A stretch of DNA of 64,000 nt from Camelus ferus (taxonomy: Eukaryota), in contig NC_045696.1 in the NCBI RefSeq assembly GCF_009834535.1, positions 69,814,001-69,878,000 on the forward strand, written 5' to 3'. The notes under the pieces were generated by a model. That model saw nothing but the letters and a program-made list of their open reading frames with translations, had not been told where the DNA came from and did no database searches. Positions 52,491-64,000 of this stretch are shown here, piece after piece (within the stretch, counting starts at the first letter, position 1; each line of letters begins with the position of its first letter). The position numbers and the translations under genes were made by a program.

Positions 52491-54041
52491 ATATCCTATT
52501 AAAAAATAAAATTTATATTTAAATAAGTGTCAGATTATCTCAAAACACCCAAAAACTTTTAATAAAATAAATTTGGAATTAAAAACGGTTATTTTAGTTG
52601 TTTCCTTTTGAACTTGTATAGACTGAGGCTTACAGAAAGTTAGAGACTGCTTAGGAGTGCCTGCTCTTAAGGAAAGATAGGTGCTTTTTACATTGTTTTA
52701 AAAAAACCGCTAGTGGTAAATATAATACTAACATTTCTGTACAGGTTACTCAAGTCCATCTCAGCATATCCTGAGTTATCCTTTGCTTGCCTCTCTCACT
52801 TCTTTATGCTCTGAGTGGATTGTTGACCTCTTCAGAGTTAAAAATCTTGATGTATTTTTTTTCACATAACAATCAAATGATTATAGTATTTTAACTTTGT
52901 TTTCTTTAGAGAATTTAGAAAGAACATCCCAGCTGCTGTCACTGGAGAGACTGAGTTTAAGGTTTATTTCAGATTTTTATCTCCTTCAGAGTTAGGAGGT
53001 TCAAGGTGAGCATGAACAAGGAGTTCTGTGAGCTCAGAGGACTGACTGTGATATGTATCTGTACACTCTTTTTATTGCTGGTTTTCTTAATATTTTGACT
53101 GGCTGTGGATGTGCACCCAAAGAAAGATATTTTTTCTCATTCTTCCTCAGTGACTTTTCTTCTTGTTATAATCCCAGCCTGGGGAAGAGGGGTCAGGCCT
53201 CAGGTGACTTGCTTATGTCTCAGATAATCTCGGTTTTTCCTTCTTAATTTGCCCCTACAGTTGATTGGTTTTTCAAGACAAGAAAAACAGCATTTAGGGG
53301 TAGAAGGATTTGGAGGGGGGCATTTCCTGTTTGTTGACCCAACAGAGCCCATTTCTCAGGCCTCCTCATTGAGCCACACAGGTGTCCCTGCCTACGGAAT
53401 GTCTCACCACAGGAGCCACATGTGGAGTCCAGATAGGAAGCCACTCCTGTGAGTGGCTCTTGAGTACACCTGTGTGACCTTGGGAAACATAACGTTTCCT
53501 GGATTTTCAGAAATGCTTGTGGACCAGTGCAATTGAAGTGTGAACCGCGGATATTCATGGTTGTGTCTCACAGCCTAGAAGCCACATGGTGTAGAGTGGT
53601 TGAGTGTTGTCATCATCAAATGCTTCAGATCCTCCTCTCTGTAAACACATGGAGTATCATTTTCTCTGAATTTGGTTGATGCTGTTCAATTCTTGACCTG
53701 AGGTTATGGTTAGGATTAAATACATTGAGGCCTCATGAATTCAGACTAGTTGAAATAAGGGAAAAATGAATAATTCACAGAATGTCTGAATAGACAGATT
53801 TTTAAAAAATTGTATTATTTTCAATTAAGAATTGTAACCAGAGTAAAATAATAAAATGCTGCTAAAGAGCAGTCCTCCTAGACCTTCTTATTGAGTAGAG
53901 AAAATGATTCATACTTATGATAATAGTTATATATAAATACTTCTAAAATGTGTTTAATAGCTTATTCTTTTGAGTAGCTTAAATTTACCTCTTATGATTT
54001 TGTTTATATTGATTTCTTTGTTGAGTAAGCATTCCTTCCCT

Positions 54042-54162
54042 CTTTTTTGGGGAGGAGGTTTATGTATTTATTTACTTATCTTTAGTGGAGGTACTAGGGA
54101 CTGAACCCAGGGCCTTGTGCATGATAGGCAGGTGTTCTACCATTGAGCTATCCCCTCCCTCC
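54042..54162 (-). mobile_element. tRNA-derived SINE (Vic-1-like)
   Basis: ggaggtactagggactgaacccagggccttgtgcatgataggcaggtgttctaccattgagctatcccctccc is the reverse complement of the same SINE. Confidence 0.88.
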
Positions 54163-56219
54163 TTGCATTTCTTTTCTCCTCTTAAGGAAAAGGTGAATTC
54201 TAGTTTTATCCTATTACAGTTAATCAGTGAGCTATAATCTTGATTCATCTTAGGTTTTCAATGCCCTTGAGATACAGATAGTTAATATATAGGTAGTGTC
54301 CTGTTCTGAAAGAATTTAGGATGATGCCTTCATAACTTTCAAATGACAGAAAGGGGTTAAAAATCCATCCATTCGAAAGAGAGTTCAATTTAAATCATGG
54401 CAATCCAGTATTATTTAACTGACAGAAAATGAAGGCAATTTTGATCAGAATAATCACAGCTTAATAAAATGGAAATACCTCTTTTTTGAGTACTTTTATT
54501 TGGGAAATATTCACCAAGAAGAATTTAACAACCAGTGGTACCTTGGGGGCTATTTTAATGTTTGATCATTTGTCACTTGATTCTGTGCTGCCCTTTAAAG
54601 GTAAAATGTAAATGCATTTTTGTTTTAAAAGAGTATTGCGGGTAACTTCTAAGATTGAGCCCAGCAAACTGCGTTTGTCAGAAATAGGATGATAACCTCC
54701 AATATTTAGCTGTTAAGTAGAAGAGGCTGCCTGGGAGCTGTGTTCTAGTGGGAGACTCAGAGCCTGCGGTCAGCTAACCCCTGCTACCTTGGCACTCCAA
54801 ACGGTACTTTCAGTATTTAACTTCTATGTTTATTTCAGTTCTTCTAACAACAAAAAAGTGTTTGTGGATGTTTTTATCTTGAGAAAAGCATTTACTCCTG
54901 AAGATTTTCTCTGTCAAGTTCCTTAGAGACCTAAATGTCATTGATCCTGCTTGTCTGGTTGTTGGGTATGTAATAGAATTCTGTATCTAGTTGGTTTTCA
55001 TTTGGGTTTTGAAATGAACTGCCTGTCATCTTTCAGTTACCTCAGCTGAGTCAACTGCTGAACATCAAATAATGTCCGAATAATTTTAAAAATGTTTTTG
55101 AGACTCAGTAGGAATTCAGTAAGTTTTTTCAATTTGGAAGACCATTGCTTAAGCACCTGTTATGTGTTTAGCCAGAGTGCAGGCCATAGAGCATAGGATG
55201 ATGAGGAAGCCAGCCCGGGGTCCCTGCATTAATGAGCTAGGCCCTGAGGACTCTTCTCTTGTTCTTTCCAAATCCATAGAAGCAAACTATAGGGAAACTT
55301 TCTTTTCACCTACTGTCCCAATACCAGCTTAATGTGTTACCATATTTCTGGTTAGTCAGGAACACTTCTTAAATGCCTTCAGTGTGTTAAGCCTAGAAAG
55401 AGAATGCTAGTTACAGAGCGAAAGACTGGTAGTCTGAACCTGACCTCCCCTTGCTACTTGTGTTCACTTCTTGGGGGCATTAGGTTTACCTTCCAGATTA
55501 CATTTTTCATCACTTACTCCTAAGTATTCAGCAGCACCTATGTGTGAGGCGTTGGGTTAATTGTAAAAAGTACAAAGGTAGATAAACCACAGAACCTGCC
55601 TTCAGCCTGAAAGTAAAATTAGTCTATAGTTCCTGATGAGTCCTATAATGCCAGGGGACAAGGTCCAGGTGCACCTTCGTGGGTCAGGGAGTGCACTGCC
55701 TTGGAATTGTATGCTCTGTTGTGGACAGTGGAAAACTGGCAGCTGGGTGGACCCCTTGAAGATCCACTGAGAGGTGCCCATCTGGGTAAAACTCCCCCAA
55801 GTCACTCCCAGGGTCTCACTGTCACCTTGTCTGTACTGTGTGGCTGCATAGCTGTGTGCACAGCAGTGCTGTGTAATAGCCTGCTCCACTGCTTGAGGAA
55901 GGAAGGAATGACTGACTTGTGGTGTGTGCCCAGTCCCCACATGGCAGGTACTTACTAATGGTTGAATGAAACTGTATCTGATTTTATCCTAGTTTAACTT
56001 CAGTAGCTGAAATTCTCAGCAAACAGTGCTCTTTGATAAACTCAGTTACTTGTCTTATTTGATGATTGAGCAGAAAGCCATTTTCTTTGGCTTATACTGT
56101 TGACAACCTTTCTAAAATTTTACAAATTTCACTCCTGGATAAGAAGTGGTCTACTATCTTTATAATAAAATTAATTTAGAACCACTATTAATAATTGTTC
56201 AACTGGAAAGAGTGTAGGG

Positions 56220-56392
56220 CAGTGATTCTCAGTGTGGTCCTTGGACTGTCACCTGGGGACTTGTTAGAAATGCAGTTTTTCTGTCTCACCCCAGACCTAC
56301 TGCATCAGAAATTCCCTGGTGAGGGCCAGCAATCTGTGTTTTAACAAGGCCTTTAGGTGATTCTGATGAATTTTCAAGTCTAAGAGTCACTG
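56220..56392. mobile_element. MER5A-like hAT MITE
   Basis: TIRs cagtgattctc...gagtcactg; internal ttgttagaaatgcag and cagacctactgcatcagaa; 8-bp TSD gtgtaggg/gtataggg. Confidence 0.85.
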
Positions 56393-56400
56393 GTATAGGG

Positions 56401-56562
56401 CAACTGTTCTGAACCCAGGAAGTGCATTACAATTTTTAAAAAAAACAGTACCGTAGTCCACCCACAGAAATTCTGATTCAGTTGGTCTGGGGTGAGGACT
56501 AGTATAGTTATTTTAAGTGTCCCCATGTGATGCTGATGTGCAGCTAGAGTTGAGAACCATTG
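56401..56562. mobile_element. MER5B-like hAT MITE
   Basis: caactgttct...gaaattctgattcagttggtctggggtgagg...gagttgagaaccattg. Confidence 0.7.
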
Positions 56563-57489
56563 ATATAGAGGGTAGAGCAGAAATTTGAAATTTACTCCAT
56601 ATTAGCCACTCCAGCTTGCTTAAAAAATAAATCCAAAGTAGTGCTTCTTTCTCCTAAAAGGTAGATAAAGGAACACTTACAGTTAGATTTTGCTTATTCA
56701 GGGTTTTATTGAACAGAGAGTCCACTTTTCATGGCATTGCATTAATAAAAACTCTCCCATAAAAACAGGTGTTTTAGAGCCAGTGGTATTTTCCCACAGG
56801 AGCAATGTCATATTTGGGTGTTAACTCTCCTGATCAAAGCCCGGGCACCAAAAAAATCATAGATGGGACCAACAATGTGCCATAATATCAATGATACAAT
56901 AATTATAAACCTCTGTGTTCACTTGAAATAATAAAATTATGCTCCAAGTCTAATAAAATGAGCATAGACATGGTACACAATCTGACATCACCTCCAGAGA
57001 TCTTGGGGCTACAGAAAAATGCATGTGGTCATAAGAAACGGTTTTCTGAATCTAGTATATAATAATAAATATTAACACAATTTGTATATATTCTTAGAAT
57101 TTGGAGTGGAAAGATTTGGATAACCTGAGTCTAAAAATGTCCAAGGAAGTCTTAAGTGGATCCCTTTTCCCCGGTAGACTTCCCTGGAGTAAGCAGTGTG
57201 TGCCGTTGGAGGTGGTGATAACATGGGTACTTCTATCCCTGAAAAGCATTTTTTAATGAAAGGACTGATCCAAGATTTCTCCTCTTAGTTCCCTCAAAGT
57301 TCTGCCTATTAGCAAAAATACAGGTAAGAGAATAAATATTGTAATTCATTACACTTTACACTTGACTAAAAAGCCACAAATTAATTGTAAATCATTAGGT
57401 CCTGCTTTTTAAGAGAGGCACTTCAGATGTTCTCTTTGGTTGGCTGGTTGGCACAGACTTGTGAGAATCTGGGCAAATGGTTGGTGGAA

Positions 57490-57660
57490 AAAGCACTGGA
57501 CTTGGTGCCAGAAGACCCAGTCCAGCCTGGCTGGCTCCTTACTGCCTCTGTGGCTCTCGACAGGATACTTCTCTGAGCTTCCATCTCCTTTCCTGCAATA
57601 TGAGCTTGGATACACCTAACTCACGGATTGGAGGATTGAATAGGTTAATATAGATAATTG
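57490..57660 (+). mobile_element. MIR SINE
   Basis: aaagcactggacttggtgccagaagaccc...acttctctgagcttcc. Confidence 0.6.
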
Positions 57661-58785
57661 TACCCACTATAAGAAGCTTTCCATGGGAGTTGTTTTAAGT
57701 AGTTGAAATACTGACTGGTGAAGCAGATGTGAGGAATTCTACCTGTATCTTGCCTTCTTGCCCCTGGAGTAGAAAGCCTGGTTCATGGTGAATACTCACG
57801 CAGATAGAGTTGTGGGAAGCTCGGGGAAGTAGTCGGGGAGTATGTTTCTCACCCTCCAAATCCTTCCTGGGGAAGGAGAGTAATGTTCGCAGTCTGGATA
57901 GTTAGGAAAGGCCCAAGAGTGGAGGGGGTTTGGAGCACGTTGTTGATGTCCTACCTGTAGCCAGGTCTGCATTTTGACTCAAAATGCATTGTCAGTTAGG
58001 GATCTTGGTAACGATATGTTGCTCAGTAACAGAAGCGCTGTTTGGACCAAACTGTGGCAGCAAACTTTTCTTGGCAGGTGTACCCTGTTGATACTGAACT
58101 CAGTGTGCGCTGATAGTTTTATGTCAACTACTATAAAAGAACCACAGTAACTCAGATTAAGCCACAGTGACGCAGGTTGCACAGGTACTACACTCTAGAA
58201 ATTCTAAGGCAGTTATCAAACAAATGTACTGCTAGAGAAAATTACTGCCTATTATATTAAATTAGTCTCAATGTTTTTTTGTTTGTTTGTTATTTTCCTT
58301 AGCTCAGGATTCTTCTTATTGCCCCCGGAGCTTTTGTTTTAAGAATACGCTAAGTTCTTTAACTAGAAACAGTTCTTTAAGCTTTAATATGCTTAGTAAT
58401 TCAAAGAGAACTAAAGGAAAATAAAAAATGATTGAGGAATATAGTAATCCCCTAAGTAAGTTTTTCCATAGATTCATAGAACCCACAGAATCCATAGACC
58501 TTAGAGATTATCTAGACCACTCTCTCCTCCCTGTGGAAATTCAAGCTCAGAGAGGTCAAAATTGTTACATTGGACATTAATAAAACATCATTCTCCTCAC
58601 TGTCATTGCCATGCTTTTTCCTCTATCTCACATAACCTCTAGAAGATTTCTTGTAAAATTTATTTTTAAGTAAAGCTAAGCTCAGAAACAAAACATTCAA
58701 TATTTTTCATTTTCTTAAAGAAGTTCACCAGCCAAAATGATTGTCTCTTCTTTGTCTCCTTTGAGACACATTTCAAAATAGCACT

Positions 58786-59360
58786 GATGCACCATATGAT
58801 CCAACATTTCACTTCCGGAATATACCCGAAATAATTGAAAGCAGGGACTCGAACAGATGTTTGTACACCCACACTCATAGGAGCATTATTCATAAAAATG
58901 TCAAAAACTGGAAGCAACTCAGGTGTCCATTGATAGGTGAATGGATAAACAAAACATACATCTATATATATGATGTGTATCTGTACAGTGGAATATTATT
59001 CAGCCTTTAAAAAGAAGGAAATTCTGAAACTGCTACAACATGGATAAACCTTGAAAACATTATGCTGAGTGAAATAAGCCTGACACAGAAGGACAAATAC
59101 TGTGATGCCACTTCTGTAAGGTACCTAGAGTAGTCAGCTTCATAGAGACAGGAAGTAGAATGGTAGTTGCTAGAGACTAAGGAATTATTGTTTAGTGGAT
59201 ATAGGGTTTAAGTTTGGGAAAATAAAAAGTTCTGGAGATGGATGGTGGGGATGGATGCACAACAGTTTGTACTTAACAGTACGGAACTGTCTACTTAGAA
59301 TGGTTAAAATGGTAAATTTCATGTTATATGTATTTTATCACAATTTTAAAAAGTGTTGGA
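58786..59360 (+). mobile_element. LINE-1 3' end (L1MB-like)
   Basis: ccatatgatccaacatttcacttccgg...ggaatattattcagcctttaaaaagaaggaaattctg...aaaatggtaaatttcatgttatatgtattttatcacaattttaaaa. Confidence 0.88.
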
Positions 59361-59864
59361 AAAAAAGAGGTGGCCTCCAAATAAAGTCAAGACTTTAAAA
59401 AGCTTTTTAAAAAAATACTGATAGGACAGGAACTCTGGCTGTTCATTGATACTTGAAAGAGGCAGTAAGGTCTGGTGGAAGGAGTACTGGCCTTGGCTTG
59501 GTCTAATTCTTGGCCTGTCGTTAACCAGTTCTGTAACCTACCCACCTGGCCATTAGTTTTCTCATCAGTAAAGTGAGGCTGTAGGCTGTCCATCTCCAGC
59601 CTTCCTGTGTGCTCTAGAATTCTGTGAGTGTTCAAGTCCTTACAAAGAAATACTTGTTTAGGAACAACTGCCTGTGAAGATAAGGAGCCTGGCACATCTG
59701 AGATATGAGGGCAGACCAGTTCTCCAGAACTTATTCTGGCCAACCCTTGTCTTGGGCATACGGTAAGCATTTTCATCTGTCCGTCCTGCTTTGATGCTCT
59801 CTAAGCAGGACCAGAACTCTACAGAGTTGTCAGATTCCAGAGCCGTATTTTGGGTCCTTATATA

Positions 59865-59951
59865 GGTTATCACCCATCTCTCCACAGCCCTGTGGGGCAA
59901 GTGCTGGCAACCTCATTCCTCAAAAGAGGAGCCTGGCTTCAGGGAAGTTGC
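59865..59951 (+). repeat. 87-bp dispersed direct repeat, copy 1
   Basis: Matches 60619-60705 at 85 of 87 positions. Confidence 0.92.
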
Positions 59952-60142
59952 AGTACTTTGGGGTCCTGGACCTGCTTTGACAAAACCAGGCCCAGAGGTG
60001 GGGACTGTTTCTCTCAAGTGCTTTTGACCGAACCCTTGTGGCGTAAGATACCAGTTTCTTTATTACTACCTCAGAGATAGTGCTTTTCCTATCCATCTGT
60101 CTCTGTTTTCAGTAATCCACGGAAAAGGTTCTGTCTGACCTG

Positions 60143-60385
60143 AGTGTCCATCGACAGATGAGTGGATAAACAAAATGTGGTATATCTACACAATAGAAGA
60201 TTATTTAGCCTTTAAAAGGAAGAAAATTCTGAAACTTGCCACAACATTGATGAACCTCGAAGACATTATGTGAGTGTAATAAGCCAGTTGCAGAAAGGCA
60301 CATACTGTATGATTCCACTTACATGAGGCTCCTAGTCACATTCATAGACACAGAAAGTAGGCTGGTAGTTGTCAGAGGCTGAGTT
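60143..60385 (+). mobile_element. LINE-1 3' fragment
   Basis: gtgtccatcgacagatgagtggataaacaaaatgtggtatat...catactgtatgattccacttacatgagg. Confidence 0.85.
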
Positions 60386-60618
60386 GTTTCTTTCTGGCTT
60401 TGGAGCATATAGTTTGGTACCATGTTAATCCTTCCCCTCAGGTTTCTTGTAGGCTTTACTTTTGTTAAACATGCACAGACTGATTGACAAGCAGAAACTT
60501 AGCTTTTACACACTCTGAGTGCCACATGTATGCAGCTTGTGGGTATGCTGGGTGAGAGGAGGTAGAAACAGCCTGGCATGAAAAATAGAGGCCATGGACT
60601 GGGCTGGTTGCTTGTATG

Positions 60619-60705
60619 GGTTATCACCCATCTCTCCACAGCCCTGTGGGGCAAGTGCTGGCAACCTCATTCCTCAAAAGGGGAGCCTGGCTTCAGGGAG
60701 GTTGC
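60619..60705 (+). repeat. 87-bp dispersed direct repeat, copy 2 (inside a degraded reverse MIR, ~60600-60790)
   Basis: Matches 59865-59951 and continues as MIR-like cccaaagccaacagc...gatctgaatt...gtgactacaaag. Confidence 0.9.
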
Positions 60706-62797
60706 CACTCTCCCAAAGCCAACAGCCAGAAACCTTAGATCTGAATTTACATCTGTGTGACTACAAAGTCTGTCGTCTTTCTTCTATACCACGCTTCTTA
60801 ATATAGGAAAGCATATAACCATGCTATTCAATAGTTTAGACCTGAAAGATTATCTCCAATTCAAGAAGGCAGTGATAGAATCACTAGCTGGTCTTGTTTG
60901 TAATTTTCCTCCCTGTAATGGTGAGATCTGAACGATTTTGTGACTGTTGAGCCATGTTTGTGATAACCACAACAAAGAGTAGAGCAATTCCTCAGTGGCC
61001 TTGTTTGTTAGGACGATAGATGATTCTAGCCAGGAAAAAGGAGGAAGAGCAGTGGGCTCCTTAGGAGAGGGTCTTAGGTAGTTCAAAAGCTGTCATGGGA
61101 ATCTGATGCTACTAGTTCCTTGTAGGTCTATTTATGATGTTTTTAGGGATGCTTATGGTGTGACCGGATACTCTCCTCATTTTGTGTTTGCACCTGTGTG
61201 TTTCTAAGTCATAGTGGCTCTTGCTCGACCTATTTTTAACTTCTACACTAACTCCAATTTATTATGGGATAGAACTTGGAGTTTATCTTCCCTTGCTATT
61301 CCACTCATTAGTCATTCAGTTAGACTTTAACAAGTCAAGATAAGAAATAGAAAGAATACCACTTGATATTACTAGTTGAGGGTGTATCCCCTTTGTGTGT
61401 CCCTCCTTTCTGCCCCTGCCCCATATTTTTTCCTGAGACTAATGTGGTATATGACATGCAATTGTTGTTCCGTGGATGAATGGATGGATAGATGGACGAG
61501 CTTGCTGTTTAGAGAGAATCATTGTTTATAACTTTGATAATATTGATGCTAAACGAATACAATGCAGTCTCTCTCTCTTTTATTTTTGCTTGTGGTGTTG
61601 GCTAAAAAGGCAGATACTCACTTCCACAATTAGCTAGACTTTATTCTGCATATCTAGTTGTTTGGAGGGGTCTGAAACCAATAAAGTGATAATCTGCTTT
61701 TTAACGGGATTTGCTCTAATTTGATGAGTGATTTGTCTCTGATCATACATTCAAGCAGATGGCAGTAACAGTAATAACTTTAGTAGGTGGAATTCAGTAT
61801 GAGAAGGTACATCTGGGCTTAATGAAGTTCAGAATTAAAGGTGCAGCCACTCGCATATTCAAATACTTGAATGATCCATATCATATATACGAATCTAAGA
61901 CTGTCACGCCCTCCCCCATCTTTCCTTCCCATATTTTCCCATTCTAGAAGAACCCCCATTGTCAAAGCTGCTCTTTATTCCTTCTCTTCATCTGCACCGC
62001 TGCCTGAGCAAAGCTCTAGAGGGAGGAGAGAAGAGGGGTTAGGAATGTGGTGGCTTATTCCTGGAAGTTTAGAGTCCCTATTAAAATGTATTTTTCTGTA
62101 GAAATGGTATTATGGGAATAATAGGTTGTATGACATGTAAGCTTTTAATGGCTTACATTATAATGGCTAGTTAGGATACTGAAGTGCAATTAAAAATTAC
62201 TTTAAAATTATGTAAGTTTCCTATGGTTTTCTCTCCCTTCTTCCCACCTTGACAGTCCTACTAAAGGTGAACCTCCTGGTGAGCTGATACTGCCTGTGAA
62301 AGTGATGTCAGCTCACTCTGATGCGCACCGGCTCAGTGGTCTTTACCTGGACGTCAGCAGCCGCTAGTGCCTGGCTCAGAGGACATGCCTCCCAAAACTT
62401 GATGAATTAGGTTGAAGTTAAGGAAGAGAAACTTCTACATTCTCTATTTTCATTTTTGCCAATTCCTCAAGAACCTTCTTATGTTGAGCTCTTCATCAGT
62501 GCTAGAATCTGGATTTATGTATTGATCCTGTTATTATTCAGCAAACACTTATTGATCACCTACAGAGTGTTAGGTGCTACCAGCAGTGAACCAGAGCAAT
62601 TCCATTGCCTGCTCTCTTGGAGCTTATAATCTGGTAAGAAAAAAAGACCACTGGGTCTGGGGCAAGACTGTTCTCTAGAAATTGCTGCTACTTTAGAAAT
62701 GCATAGACTGACTTTAAATTAGCCTATGTGTCTGTGGCAAAATCTCTTCTTACCTTGAATATCAGTGATGAAAACGTGACTTTTATAGTTATTCAGA

Positions 62798-62904
62798 GTG
62801 GGGAGGGTATAGCTCAGTGGTAGAGTACGTGCCTAGCACGGGCAAGGTCCTGGGTTCAATCCCCAGTACCTCCATTTAAAAAGAAAAAGGAAAGAAGAAA
62901 GTAA
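62798..62904 (+). mobile_element. tRNA-derived SINE (Vic-1-like) with perfect TSD
   Basis: ggggagggtatagctcagtggtagagtacgtgcctagcacgggcaaggtcctgggttcaatccccagtacctcc plus an A-rich tail. 14-bp TSD tatagttattcaga at 62784-62797 and 62905-62918. Confidence 0.93.
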
Positions 62905-63767
62905 TATAGTTATTCAGAATTGTCCCTAAATTAATGAAAAACATGATGTGGGCAGTTTGCTTTTATACAGTCTTTGATTAGAGAGTGATTCTTACTTACC
63001 TTCTTTTAAAATAGGTCTTAAAATAGTAATCTGAGATATTGAACAGCTTTTCCCAAATATTATACTAATTATTAATTTTCTGAGTTTTCTATTAAGGCAG
63101 ACTATCAGTTTTCCTTGTGCCTGGTGATTAATTTAGTTGCATATTATTTCTATTCATAGCTCCTCAATCCTAGGTAAAATTGAGAGTATTTAACGGTGAG
63201 TAGCTTCATTTAGTTTCACATGGAAAAAAATTAAATCATGAGAAGGAAAGGTTAAGAAAATAATAATACAACAAAACTAGTAAAATAAAAGGTGATTGTA
63301 CTGGGAGAAAATGAAATTTTTCTCCTGGTATTTGTGGTGCAAGATTTCTTTCTATAGATTATGTAATTTACATGAGCTATTTGAAGGGATTACGTTCTTA
63401 ACAGTCCCCTTAAAGCTCTTTATTATTGAAAAAAGGCCTGAAGCCTTTTTTCACGCTTGTTTCATGATGCTCTATAAAATGTAAAGGGATTTTCAAGATA
63501 AAAATAATTCTATTTGAGGATTTGGGGGGTACTCACCTCTGTCTAAAAACAAAAATGCTTAAACAGTACATTATGTCAGATCTGCCTGTTTAAGAGATTT
63601 GAGCACACCTGGTAGCAAAGAGGTTTAACCTAGTTTCTCAGATGAAAACTCGAGGTGGAGGAAGGATGAGGAACAGTCCAGGGTGAGCCTCGGAGCTGGT
63701 TACCTTTAGCCTACTTTCTCTGGGATGACGCACTTTATCCTCACAGGGCAGGCAGATTCCTCAGCCC

Positions 63768-64000
63768 ATGCATTAAGATTCCTGGTTGCAGGTAGCAAAA
63801 ACTCACTTCATCTAGCTTAAACGAAAGGTGGGGTACTATTTTGCCTACTTAACCACACCGCAGGATGAGCTGAGTGAAGTGGACTTTACGGATGTTGAGA
63901 ACTAGGAACTGGAACACAGCGTGTATCTGTTTGGCTTCTCCGTACTTTCTCTCCACCTTTTGTTCTATGTCTATTTTTCAGTGTAGGCTTCATTCTTCTC
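63768..64000 (-). mobile_element. Old MaLR (MLT1K/L-like) LTR fragment
   Basis: tgcattaagattcctggttgcaggtagcaaaaactcacttcatctagcttaaac. Confidence 0.5.

Larger units (their letters stand above)
36900..64000 (+). other. IGF2BP2: IGF2BP2 intron 2 (continues beyond the window)
   Basis: Starts gtaaat at 36900. No exon 3 sequence (SRKIQIRN...) is seen downstream. IGF2BP2 intron 2 is known to be very large. Confidence 0.88.

Noticed and set aside
58923..60385. Two similar L1 3' segments as a segmental duplication
   Set aside because: They differ at many positions, consistent with independent insertions of related L1 subfamilies.
1..64000. A novel multi-gene or prokaryote-type system
   Set aside because: Content is accounted for by the IGF2BP2 5' region and common mammalian repeats. 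No foreign coding block was seen.

Overview
Mammalian genomic DNA, very probably a camelid (four copies of a tRNA-derived SINE of the Vic-1 type). The window holds the 5' end of IGF2BP2 (IMP2) on the + strand: a ~3.2 kb CpG-island promoter (~33620-36800), coding exon 1 (35099-35276), exon 2 (36839-36899), and then ~27 kb of intron 2 running off the window end. The upstream 33 kb is intergenic and rich in repeats (L1, L2, MIR, ERVL/MaLR LTRs, hAT elements, microsatellites). I found no new multi-gene system. The most interesting unannotated signal is a candidate exon in intron 2 (~38883-39034). It has an in-frame ATG and a phase-compatible donor (an alternative N-terminus lacking RRM1), and also a strong upstream acceptor that would make it a stop-codon 'poison' exon. 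Other signals are a strong-Kozak internal Met69, an AT-tract plus NF-kB site in intron 1, and a near-identical 87-bp dispersed duplication in intron 2. Repeat family names and most repeat boundaries were read by eye and are approximate.
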